A DNA stretch of 64,000 nucleotides from Eledone cirrhosa (taxonomy: Eukaryota), in contig OZ024754.1 in NCBI GenBank assembly GCA_964016885.1, forward strand, positions 434,001 through 498,000, in the 5' to 3' direction. Each line of letters opens with the position of its first letter. Within the stretch, counting starts at the first letter, position 1. The position numbers and the translations under genes were made by a program. Under the pieces are notes generated by a model, which was given only the letters and a program-made list of their open reading frames with translations, searched no databases and had not been told where the DNA came from. Of this stretch, positions 52,015 to 63,658 are shown piece by piece.

Positions 52015-53109
52015 TTCACCTCCTCCAAAGTGAAACAGGTGTAATATTCACCTCCCAAGTGAAACAGGTGTAATATTCACCTCCAAAGTGAAACTGGTGT
52101 AATATTCACCTCCAAAGTGAAACAGGTGTAATATTCACCTCCAAAGTAAAACAGGTGTAATATTCACCTCCAAAGTGAAACAGGTGTAATATTCACCTCC
52201 AAAGTGAAACAGGTGTAATATTCACCTCCAAAGTGAAACTGGTGTAATATTCACCTCCAAAGTGAAACAGGTGTAATATTCACCTCCAAAGTAAAACAGG
52301 TGTAATATTCACCTCCAAAGTGAAACAGGTGTAATATTCACCTCCAAAGTGAAACTGGTGTAATATTCACCTCCAAAGTGAAACAGGTGTAATATTCACC
52401 TCCCAAGTGAAACAGGTGTAATATTCACCTCCAAAGTGAAACAGGTGTAATATTCACCTCCAAAGTAAAACAGGTGTAATATTCACCTCCAAAGTGAAAC
52501 AGGTGTAATATTCACCTCCAAAGTGAAACAGGTGTAATATTCACCTCCCAAGTGAAACTGGTGTAATATTCACCTCCCAAGTGAAACGGGTGTAATATTC
52601 ACCTCCAAAGTAAAACAGGTGTAATATTCCCCTCCAAAGTGAAACAGGTGTAATATTCACCTCCAAAGTGAAACAGGTGTAATATTCACCTCCCAAGTGA
52701 AACTGGTGTAATATTCACCTCCCAAGTGAAACGGGTGTAATATTCACCTCCAAAGTGAAACAGGTGTAATATTCCCCTCCAAAGTGAAACAGGTGTAATA
52801 TTCCCCTCCAAAGTGAAACAGGTGTAATATTCACCTCCCAAGTGAAACTGGTGTAATATTCACCTCCCAAGTGAAACGGGTGTAATATTCACCTCCAAAG
52901 TGAAACGGGTGTAATATTCACCTCCAAAGTGAAACAGGTGTAATATTCACCTCCAAAGTGAAACAGGTGTAATATTCACCTCCAAAGTGAAACAGGTGTA
53001 ATATTCACCTCCCAAGTGAAACTGGTGTAATATTCACCTCCCAAGTGAAACTGGTGTAATATTCACCTCCCAAGTGAAACGGGTGTAATATTCACCTCCA
53101 ATGTGAAAC
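52015..53109. repeat. 29-bp minisatellite, ~37 copies
   Basis: Unit TTCACCTCCAAAGTGAAACAGGTGTAATA with a few variant positions. Confidence 0.95.
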
Positions 53110-53510
53110 CAGTCTGACACTCAGAATGTATGTCCTTGTTTCTCAATGCTGTGTCTTCATTGTAGTATTGAATTTGATAATGTATCAAAACTTGTCCCAT
53201 GGACTAAGTGCTCTACACTTTCTGGATACTCCCCCAACACAATTCGGGAATCCTCGTACATATATAAAAACCAATAACAAAAAACAGTACCATATAAAAT
53301 ATAGCAGATGTGTGTATATATAGCAGAGATAAGCAAGCAGGGTAGATAATAAAGTGGGGAGGGGGAAAGAGAGGGAGAGAGAGAGAGTTAAAAATATGGT
53401 GGAGGAGGGAGAGATAGAAAGAAAAGAGGGAGTTAGAAAAAGAGTGGGCAGAGGGGGAGAAAGATATAAGATAAGAAAAATGTCAAGGGGTCTGCATGTC
53501 ATCGCTAAAA

Positions 53511-53696
53511 TAATTGTTTCTACTTTTGGCACAAGGCCAGCAATTACCCCAGTGTATTACTGGTACTTTATTTTATGGACCCCCGTAAGGATGAAAGGCA
53601 AAGTTAACCTCGGCGGGATTTGAACTCAGATCATAAAGGGCCATAACTCTTTGCTGTAAAGCATAGAGTTATGGCCCTTTATACTGCCAACTACCG
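53511..53696 (-). mobile_element. Same tRNA-SINE family, with an internal fold-back rearrangement
   Basis: Near-identical to the other copies except 53665-53682. Confidence 0.75.
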
Positions 53697-53705
53697 TTAA
53701 AATAA

Positions 53706-53860
53706 TACCATGATGGTATTATTTAGTAGTCCCATGATGGTTCTACCAAACAGTACCATGATGGTTCTACCAAACAGTACCATGATGGTTCTACCAAATA
53801 GTACCATGATGGTTCTACCAAATAGTACCATGATGGTTCTACCAAATAGTACCATGATGC
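53706..53860. repeat. 24-bp minisatellite
   Basis: Unit CCATGATGGTTCTACCAAAYAGTA. Confidence 0.9.
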
Positions 53861-54049
53861 TAGTAACTTTCTTCTTTAATTCCTCAATAATTGTTGTATT
53901 ATTCTTTTATAATCTTTGTCGCATCCACTGATACTGACCACATCATCTTCACTCTTTAAATATGTCACTTAATGACAACACTAACATCTACGTATCTTTA
54001 CAATTGTTCTGTGGAATAGGAGGTTAATTATATGTCTAAACTTTGCTAG

Positions 54050-54096
54050 TGCTCTGATGATTCCAAACAAAAGTTTGGAAGAAACGATTGTCAGCA
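54050..54096 (+). ncRNA. Minimal hammerhead ribozyme (third family)
   Basis: TGCT-CTGATGA-TTCCAAAC(aaaa)GTTTGGAA-GAA-AC(gatt)GT-C^-AGCA, overlapping AATAAA. Perfect 8-bp stem II. Confidence 0.75.
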
Positions 54097-54274
54097 ATAA
54101 AATGTTTTGAACATAGTTTTGATTATTCTGTAATTTATATTCCTGCTCTGTAAAACATCTGATGTATTTACATTGAGCTATTTTTCTTACTGGTAATAAG
54201 GTGGTAAAGAATTACTGACCTTTCCTGTTTATATTTATATATAATGTATATATAAGTATAAATAATATTATTAT

Positions 54275-54470
54275 TGGTGGATTGGCAGTATTGGTAGAGG
54301 ATCGGGCGCCATGCTTTGAAGCATAGAGTTACCTCCCTTTATGATCTGAGTTCAAATCCCGCCGAGGTTAACTTTGCCTTTCATCTTTATGGTGTTGATA
54401 AAATAAAGTACCAGTAATGCACTGGGATAATTACTGGCCTTGTGCCAAAATTAGAAACGATTATTATTAT
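54275..54470 (+). mobile_element. Same tRNA-SINE family
   Basis: Head GGTGGATTGGCAGTATTGGTAGAG, B-box GAGTTCAAATC, (ATT)n tail. Confidence 0.75.
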
Positions 54471-54530
54471 TATATATATATATCATAATCATCAGAAAAA
54501 TAACTGTAACAACAGTCGATCAGTATAGAT

Positions 54531-55021
54531 CAGGGGTTCCCAACCAATTTTGCATCATCGGCCCTCTTTCACATGGATAAATTTTCCACTGCCCACAACT
54601 TGTACAGTAAATATTAAAAAACATACCAAAAATATTTGGTAAAAGTTTGTTAATGGTTAGTTATTCCCGCCTTTTTGATATTTTAATACAGGTCCTTTGA
54701 ATATCTCTTTTGAATATATATGTTCAGGTAGCAATTGTTGAAATACCTTCTTAATACTAAAAATCCTATATTGTCCACTAAAATTTCCAGTCACCCACCA
54801 TTTTCTGTTCAGTTGCTCATCACCCACCCAGCAGTTGAAATCACCCACTGGTAGGTGATGTCACCCACTGGTAGGTGATGTCACCCACTGGTAGGTGATG
54901 TCACCCACTGGGAGGTGATGTCACCCACTGGGAGGTGATGTCACCCACTGGGAGGTGATGTCACCCACTGGTAGGTGATGTCACCCACTGGTAGGTGATA
55001 TTGCCAGGGTTGAGAAACCCG
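54531..55021. mobile_element. hAT-type MITE containing a 20-bp minisatellite
   Basis: TIR CAGGGGTTCCCAACC / GGTTGAGAAACCCG and a near-perfect 8-bp TSD GTATAGAT/CTATAGAT. Confidence 0.65.
54840..54999. repeat. 20-bp minisatellite, ~8 copies
   Basis: Unit TCACCCACTGGKAGGTGATG. Confidence 0.9.
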
Positions 55022-55212
55022 CTATAGATAGTAATAGAGAAAATTTGGGTGAATTACTCTGAGAGACAAAGAAAGTGGAGAGAGGTCCCTGCAAGGAATT
55101 GAACCTTGTACCTCTCAAATACTGTGTAAGTGCTTCACCATTAAAACTAAAGGGTGACTGACACATATTCCTGTCTTTGTTAGAATTCTATATTATACAG
55201 CTTAGGGCTGGA

Positions 55213-55665
55213 ATAAATACTAAAGTTACTATGACCCACTAAATAAGTACTAGTGTTGCTGTGACCCACTAAATTAGTACCAGTATTACTATGACCCACT
55301 AAATAAACTACTAAAGTTGTTATGACCCACTTAGTAAGTACTACGGTTGTTATGATCCACTAAGTAAGTACCAGTGTTGCTATAACCCACTAAGTTAGTA
55401 CCAGTGTTGCTATGAGCCAATAAATAAGTGCCTGAGTTGTTATGACCGATGAGAGACCCAAAAGCAGAGGCCCCTGGGTGACTGCAGCTCATGAGACAGA
55501 CCCAAAAGCAGTGGCCCCTGGGTGACTGCAGCTCATGAGACCGACCCAAAAGCAGAGGCCCCTGGGTGACTGCAGCTCATGAGACAGACCCAAAAGCAGA
55601 AGCCCCTGGGTGACTGCAGTCCATGAGACAGACTCCAAAGCAGTGGTCCCTGGGTGACTGCAGCC
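55213..55665. repeat. Adjacent diverged 30-bp array (~55213-55447) and 44-bp array (~55453-55665)
   Basis: Units ATGACCCACTAAATAAGTACCAGTGTTGCT and CCCAAAAGCAGAGGCCCCTGGGTGACTGCAGCTCATGAGACAGA. Confidence 0.85.
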
Positions 55666-56988
55666 CAACGAGGGACAAGCTAAAAGACCTACAAAATATG
55701 CTGTTCTATAGCAACTGTTTCTATTCTTCTGTGAGATGTCAGATGTTCTGGTTCTGTAAAACACAGCCACAAACATGTAACAAGCATAGGAGGAAACATC
55801 TACATGGTTCTTCTTCAGCTGTTAGAAATAGCAGCCAAATATCCCTCAAAATCATATCCTCCAACCATCTTAATAAAAGGAAAGGATAATGTAATTTTAG
55901 ATATGCTTGAAAAGGTGGCATGTTTAAGTCTAGAACACTTTTGATTACAAGTCTGCACAATCGTGGTTGACCTGTGGCTAAACAACAACACCAAAACATA
56001 CATACATACAAGCTATAACAAGTGAAGTTAACTCTTCTTTATATTAAACTCAGTCTTGAGATAAAACAAAAACAAAAACATGAACAAAAATAAAGTATCG
56101 GTAAGAAATATCCAAGGAAAGAAACAGTAGAAATTGCTATAAAACTACTTGAAATTACCATCATATATAGTAAGAAATATTAGCTTTCATTCAATTATTG
56201 AAGTCAACTATTGCCACTTAGAATTGATATTTACTTAAGAATCTCATCTCTGAAGTAGTAACCGAGTAAAATGTGTTTTAAAACTACATACTACAATTGG
56301 TTAGCATTTAAGAAGCATATGGCTAAAATCACCAAAACACCTACTTGAGATAAATATATTAACTATTTTGATTCCAAACCAACCAAAACTGTTTCTGGTT
56401 AGAATTTAAGTAGCATATGGCTAGAATAAATATATTAAAAGACAAGCAATGCTGTGTGTAATTAAAGGTGATGTGTAAATCAATCATATGAGAAGAGTGG
56501 ATATAAAATCAATCAAACAAAATTATATGAACTGACTCATCACAGAATTTGGTATTCTGTAACAAAGTCTTTTGGTAGAGTGTTGGACAAGTCCTGCTAT
56601 TTGACTATCTACCTCACCATCGGGTTATGGACAGCTGTACCTGTCTAGATTTCTGACCAGAGAGACAACATTGGAAGCAGAGTACAAGTGCGAGGGCAAA
56701 ATATTCATAGAGTAATATATTTATTTATTTATTTATTTATTTGCATTCCGGCCGAGGGGCTGGGGCCAAGCTGTGGCATAAATTCATACAAAAGTTTAAC
56801 CGTTTCATCACCATATTTCTAATGAAAGACATTAACTATGACTTCCAAATCATTTTGAAAACAATCAAGAATGCGAAGGGATTTAGTAATATAACTTTCT
56901 CATTATTAAGCTGATGTTTGGAACGTAACTTAAATATTCTTACATAAAATTATGACAAAAGGTTTTTAGATAAATATAAACACTTTAA

Positions 56989-57197
56989 CCCTTTAGCATT
57001 GACATTACTCTATATATACTATTGTCTTTTTATAGTAAAGGCTTTACCTCACATCATTATCTCACATAACATCGAATCTATGAGATTTTGATGTTATTTA
57101 TCTTGAGAACAATACCTTAACATAAGTATGAGCAGTCACTTATGGCCGGTTTGAATAGAAAGGTGAGAGAATTCTGGCCAGATACAGCCGGTTTAAA
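56989..57197. mobile_element. piggyBac-type MITE (right end truncated)
   Basis: Family sequence. Confidence 0.65.
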
Positions 57198-57990
57198 CAA
57201 ACAGCTTTGTATCATAAAAACCAGAAGCAGTCACAAGTGGTTTGGTATCGAAAAGGTTAAGGTATATTTTCTCAAAATAAGTTATGTTATAAAACCAAAA
57301 CTAAACTGTTATTCAAATAGAAGGCAATAACTGAATAAATACAATATTTGACCGATAAATTGTTTAAATATTGTTTGCTAGTGTAGGTCACTAGTTGCTG
57401 ACATTAGACAACAAAGACTGGCTTTTCTTACTATTCTAATGAATTCCTAAATTTGATCTTGAAGTCTTTTGTATGTAATCTAAGTATTTGATTTAAATTT
57501 TGTGTAGTAGAAATGTCTTCAACTCAACAATTTACATGATTGTCGGTGCTACTAGCAAATCATAAAACAGTTTGGGAAGGTCCCTGTAAACATCTGTTCT
57601 GGGATCTGGCCCTTTTTATTATGTGAAGTGTTTGAGAAGCTTGTTGTAAATGCCTGTTCTGGGATCTGGCCCTTTTTATAGGTCAGGGATGATGTGATTG
57701 TTTTGACAACTCTATCCTTGTTTATATTTTCTCTGCTAAGTACTGCAACAGTCAAAACTAAATATTAACGGAGATTCCAAAATCCAGGGCCTTCTCACTC
57801 GTGTTGGAAGAACCCCTCCCTAATTCATCTCCAGGGCCATCTCACTCCTGTTGGAGGAACCCCTCCCTAGTTGACCTCCAGAGCCTTCTCCTGTTGGAAG
57901 AACCCCTCCCTAGTTGACCTCCACCACTTCCTATTTCTGGCCCTATTGGACCATGTGGGACCAAGGTATCAAGAGATTACTCCACCTTAA

Positions 57991-58210
57991 CCCTTTAGCA
58001 TTCACATTATTTTATATATACTATTATATTTTCATGGTAAAGGCTTTACCTCACATAATTGTCTCACATAATATTGAATCTATGAGATTTTGAAAGTATT
58101 TATTTTGAGAACAATACCTTAACATCAGTTTGAGCGACCAGTTACAGCCAGTTTCAAGAGAAAGAGGTAGAGAATTCTGGCCGGTTTTGGCCAGTTTGAA
58201 CACTAAAGGG
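57991..58210. mobile_element. piggyBac-type MITE
   Basis: TTAA|CCCTTTAGCATT...CACTAAAGGG|TTAA. Confidence 0.75.
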
Positions 58211-58864
58211 TTAATACAGAAGACCTGAGCCACCAGTACAAGCCCTTCTTTGATCCTGTAACTTCTGAAGGAGTTATAGAGGTGCTGCAGTGACATACTG
58301 TGTTTCTAGGGCAGTTTTAGATGCGCTGTAGTTCACATACTGTTTCTAGGGCAGTTTTAGAGGGGCTGTAGTTGACATACTGTGTTTCTTGGACATTTTC
58401 TTTTTAACCTGGCTGAACCCATCATCATCTCTCTAGGTTTGAATATAGCAGATTTCTTCCAGAGAGGAATAGAGAGAGTGGGAGAATGGAAGTGAGAAAG
58501 AGATATAGAGGAAGAATCTACCCCAGTATTAGACTGGTATTTCTTTTTTTTTTTATTGATCTGGAATGGATGAAAGGCAAAGTTGACCTCAGTGGGATTT
58601 GAACTCAGAGAGCAGAGAAGTGGAACAAATATCTAATGACTCTACTAATTCACCTCTTTAGTAGTACAAGCACTGTGACACTAATAGTAAACATAGTGAG
58701 AGACTAGAGGCTAGTGTTGAGAATTAAAATCAAATGTAGACAATATAGAAGGCAATGCTCCAGCATGGCCTTAATCTAATGACTGAAACAAGTAAAAAGA
58801 TAAAAGAATAATATAGAGTTTGAGAGTTGTTGTTCAAACTGACTATAAGAGTCGGCTGAAAAAT

Positions 58865-61599
58865 TCATAGGCTGACCATACAGTAGCGATGCTAGAGCAA
58901 TGTCATAGGCTGACCATATAGTAGTGATGCTAGAGTGATGTCATAGGCTGACCATATAGTAGTGATGCTAGAGTGATGTCATAGGCTGACCATACAGTAG
59001 TGATGCTAGAGCAATGTCATAGGCTGACCATATAGTAGTGATGCTAGAGCAATGTCATAGGCTGACCATATAGTAGTGATGCTAGAGCAATGTCATAGGC
59101 TGACCATATAGTAGTGATGCTAGAGTGATGTCATAGGCTGACCATATAGTAGTGATGCTAGAGCAATGTCATAGGCTGACCATATAGTAGTGATGCTAGA
59201 GCAATGTCATAGGCTGACCATATAGTAGTGATGCTAGAGCAATGTCATAGGCTGACCATATAGTAGTGATGCTAGAGCAATGTCATAGGCTGACCATATA
59301 GTAGTGATGCTAGAGTGATGTCATAGGCTGACCATACAGTAGTGATGCTAGAGCAATGTCATAGGCTGACCATACAGTAGTGATGCTAGAGCAATGTCAT
59401 AGGCTGACCATACAGTAGTGATGCTAGAGCAATGTCATAGGCTGACCATATAGTAGTGATGCTAGAGTGATGTCATAGGCTGACCATACAGTAGTGATGC
59501 TAGAGTGATGTCATAGGCTGACCATACAGTAGTGATGCTAGAGCAATGTCATAGGCTGACCATATAGTAGTGATGCTAGAGTGATGTCATAGGCTGACCA
59601 TATAGTAGTGATGCTAGAGCAATGTCATAGGCTGACCATATAGTAGTGATGCTAGAGCAATGTCATAGGCTGACCATACAGTAGTGATGCTAGAGTGATG
59701 TCATAGGCTGACCATATAGTAGTGATGCTAGAGCAATGTCATAGGCTGACCATACAGTAGTGATGCTAGAGCAATGTCATAGGCTGACCATATAGTAGCG
59801 ATGCTAGAGCAATGTCATAGGCTGACCATATAGTAGTGATGCTAGAGCAATGTCATAGGCTGACCATACAGTAGTGATGCTAGAGCAATGTCATAGGCTG
59901 ACCATATAGTAGTGATGCTAGAGCAATGTCATAGGCTGACCATACAGTAGTGATGCTAGAGCAATGTCATAGGCTGACCATACAGTAGTGATGCTAGAGC
60001 AATGTCATAGGCTGACCATACAGTAGTGATGCTAGAGCAATGTCATAGGCTGACCATATAGTAGTGATGCTAGAGCAATGTCATAGGCTGACCATACAGT
60101 AGTGATGCTAGAGTGATGTCATAGGCTGACCATATAGTAGTGATGCTAGAGCAATGTCATAGGCTGACCATACAGTAGTGATGCTAGAGCAATGTCATAG
60201 GCTGACCATATAGTAGTGATGCTAGAGCAATGTCATAGGCTGACCATATAGTAGTGATGCTAGAGCAATGTCATAGGCTGACCATACAGTAGTGATGCTA
60301 GAGTGATGTCATAGGCTGACCATATAGTAGTGATGCTAGAGTGATGTCATAGGCTGACCATACAGTAGTGATGCTAGAGCAATGTCATAGGCTGACCATA
60401 CAGTAGTGATGCTAGAGCAATGTCATAGGCTGACCATATAGTAGTGATGCTAGAGCAATGTCATAGGCTGACCATATAGTAGTGATGCTAGAGCAATGTC
60501 ATAGGCTGACCATACAGTAGTGATGCTAGAGTGATGTCATAGGCTGACCATATAGTAGTGATGCTAGAGTGATGTCATAGGCTGACCATACAGTAGTGAT
60601 GCTAGAGCAATGTCATAGGCTGACCATACAGTAGTGATGCTAGAGCAATGTCATAGGCTGACCATATAGTAGTGATGCTAGAGCAATGTCATAGGCTGAC
60701 CATATAGTAGTGATGCTAGAGCAATGTCATAGGCTGACCATACAGTAGTGATGCTAGAGCAATGTCATAGGCTGACCATACAGTAGTGATGCTAGAGCAA
60801 TGTCATAGGCTGACCATACAGTAGTGATGCTAGAGCAATGTCATAGGCTGACCATATAGTAGTGATGCTAGAGTGATGTCATAGGCTGACCATATAGTAG
60901 TGATGCTAGAGTGATGTCATAGGCTGACCATATAGTAGTGATGCTAGAGCAATGTCATAGGCTGACCATATAGTAGTGATGCTAGAGCAATGTCATAGGC
61001 TGACCATATAGTAGTGATGCTAGAGCAATGTCATAGGCTGACCATATAGTAGTGATGCTAGAGCAATGTCATAGGCTGACCATATAGTAGTGATGCTAGA
61101 GCAATGTCATAGGCTGACCATATAGTAGTGATGCTAGAGCAATGTCATAGGCTGACCATATAGTAGTGATGCTAGAGCAATGTCATAGGCTGACCATACA
61201 GTAGTGATGCTAGAGCAATGTCATAGGCTGACCATACAGTAGTGATGCTAGAGCAATGTCATAGGCTGACCATATAGTAGTGATGCTAGAGCAATGTCAT
61301 AGGCTGACCATATAGTAGTGATGCTAGAGCAATGTCATAGGCTGACCATATAGTAGTGATGCTAGAGCAATGTCATAGGCTGACCATATAGTAGTGATGC
61401 TAGAGCAATGTCATAGGCTGACCATATAGTAGTGATGCTAGAGCAATGTCATAGGCTGACCATATAGTAGTGATGCTAGAGCAATGTCATAGGCTGACCA
61501 TACAGTAGTGATGCTAGAGCAATGTCATAGGCTGACTATACAGTAGTGATGCTAGAGTGATGTCATAGGCTGACCATATAGTAGTGATGCTAGAGCAAT
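58865..61599. repeat. 38-bp satellite array, ~72 copies, derived from a mariner MITE terminal region
   Basis: Unit TCATAGGCTGACCATAYAGTAGTGATGCTAGAG(CA/TG)ATG, preceded by the TIR GAGTCGGCTGAAAA. Confidence 0.95.
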
Positions 61600-61603
61600 T
61601 TGA

Positions 61604-62162
61604 AGGGGGAAGGGAGAGTCAATTAAATCAAACCCAGTACATTACTGGTACTTTATTTTATCGACCCCGTAAGGATGAAAGGCAAAGTTAACTTCAGAGG
61701 GATTTGAACTCAGAATGTAAAGGACCGTAATCGACTTTCCCCTCCCCTTCAAATTTGTGGCCTTGTGCCTTAACAATTATTATCGGTAAAGGGTCAGACA
61801 CCATGCTTTCCAGCATAGTTACGTCCCTTAACGATCTGAGTTCAAATCCCGCCGAGGTTGACTTTGCCTTTCATCCTTACGGGGTCAATAAAATAAAGTA
61901 CCAGTAATGCACTGGATAATTGTTGGCCTTGTGCCAAAAGTAGAAACAATTATTATTATTAGTAAATGGCGGTAGATTGGCAGTATCGGTAGAGGGTCAG
62001 ACACCATGCTTTGACGCATAGAGTTACAGCCCTTACCATTCTGAGTTCAAATCTCGCTGAGGTTAACTTTACCTTTCATTTTAACGGGGGTCGATAAAAT
62101 AAAGTACCAGTAATACACTGGGATAATTGCTGGCCTTGTGCCAAATGTAGAAACAATTATTA
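61604..62162. mobile_element. Cluster of tRNA-SINE copies: one minus (~61604-61730) and two plus (~61783-61960, 61967-62162)
   Basis: Same family motifs in both orientations. Confidence 0.75.
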
Positions 62163-62514
62163 GTAAATAATGTAGAATATTTTCTCAGTGAAAATTACAT
62201 TAAAATTCTGTAGAAAATTACAAAATCTTAATTGAGAGGAAAAGTGAGCAGAATATTCTAGAATGAAATAATAAAATATAATTAATGTGTAATTATTCAT
62301 TATAATTATACGGGGAAATGTTGCAATAATCACCAACAGTAGTAAAATCTACAGGTTTCTATGGAAACAACTTTATTCCTTGAAAATGTACAAGGAACAA
62401 CTGTTATGGGAACATGTGTGTATATGTGTGTGCGTGTGTGTGTGTATGTGTATGTGTATATGTGCGTGTGTGCATGCATGCATGCAATGGTGAATTATGT
62501 TCGACCAATTGATT

Positions 62515-62609
62515 GTAGTAGTGTTGGGTGATAGTAGTAGTATTGGGTAATGGTGTTGAGTAGTAGTAGTAGTAGTGTTGAGTAGTAGTAGTAGTAGTGT
62601 TGGGTAATG

Positions 62610-62645
<36 letters not shown>

Positions 62646-63045
62646 CTAGTGTTGGGTAATGGTGGTAGTAGTAGTAGTAGTAGTAGTACTAGTGTTGGGT
62701 AATTGTGGTAGTAGTAGCAGTAGTACTAGTGTTGGGTAATGGTGGTAGTAGTAGTAGTAGTAGTAGTACTAGTGTTGGGTAATTGTGGTAGTAGTAGCAG
62801 TAGTACTAGTGTTGGGTAATGGTGGTAGTAGTAGTAGTAGTAGTAGTACTAGTGTTGGGTAATTGTGGTAGTAGTAGTAGTAGTACTAGTGTTGGGTAAT
62901 GGTGGTAATAGTAGTAGTAGTAGTAGTAGTAGTACTAGTGTTGGGTAATAGTAGTAGTAGTAGTACTAGTGTTGGGTAATGGTGGTAGTAGTAGCAGTAG
63001 TAGTAGTGTTGGGTAATGGTAGTAGTAGTAGTAGTAGTAGTAGTT
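62515..63045. repeat. (AGT)n-based compound minisatellite
   Basis: Unit AGTGTTGGGTAATGGTGG(TAG)nTACT. Confidence 0.9.
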
Positions 63046-63339
63046 TGGCATAGTTTATTGGAAGCATGCTAACAGTGTTAGAGTGACTCAGCAGAGCCAG
63101 TTTATAGGAGATGATGATGAAGAAGAAGAAGTTTGACCATCATCAACTGGAGCAGGTTAGAAGGGTCAGAGAGAAGATGAAGGGGTTATATTTCTAACCC
63201 CTACCAAACCAAATAACCACTATTAACACCCACATTCCTCAGGAACGGCAAAATAATTGATTTTCCTCCTCTCTCTCTCGCTAGATTCAGCTACACCAAT
63301 TCTGATAACAAATATAATCAATGGAGGCTGTCAACCTCC

Positions 63340-63340
63340 T

Positions 63341-63376
<36 letters not shown>

Positions 63377-63625
63377 CGTGTGCGTGTACGTACGTGTGAG
63401 AATATATGTGTGTGCGTGTACGTACGTGTGAGAATATATGTGTGTGTGTGTGTGTACGTACGTGTGAGAGAATATATGTGTGTGTATGTGGGTGTGTACG
63501 TACGTGTGAGAAAATATATGTGTGTGTGTATGTGTATGTGTGCATACGTACGTGTGCGAGAGTGTGAGTGTGTGTGTGTGTGTGTGCACAAGTGAGAGAA
63601 TATGTGTGTGTGTGTGCATGCATAC

Positions 63626-63658
<33 letters not shown>

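Noticed and set aside
52015-53109. CRISPR-like array (29-bp, partly palindromic repeat); likewise 58865-61599 and 32220-33228
   Set aside because: No unique spacers (units are head-to-tail), no cas genes, and a eukaryotic intron-exon context.
61967-62060. tRNA gene
   Set aside because: The A/B-box-like head continues into SINE body and tail, with no complete cloverleaf.
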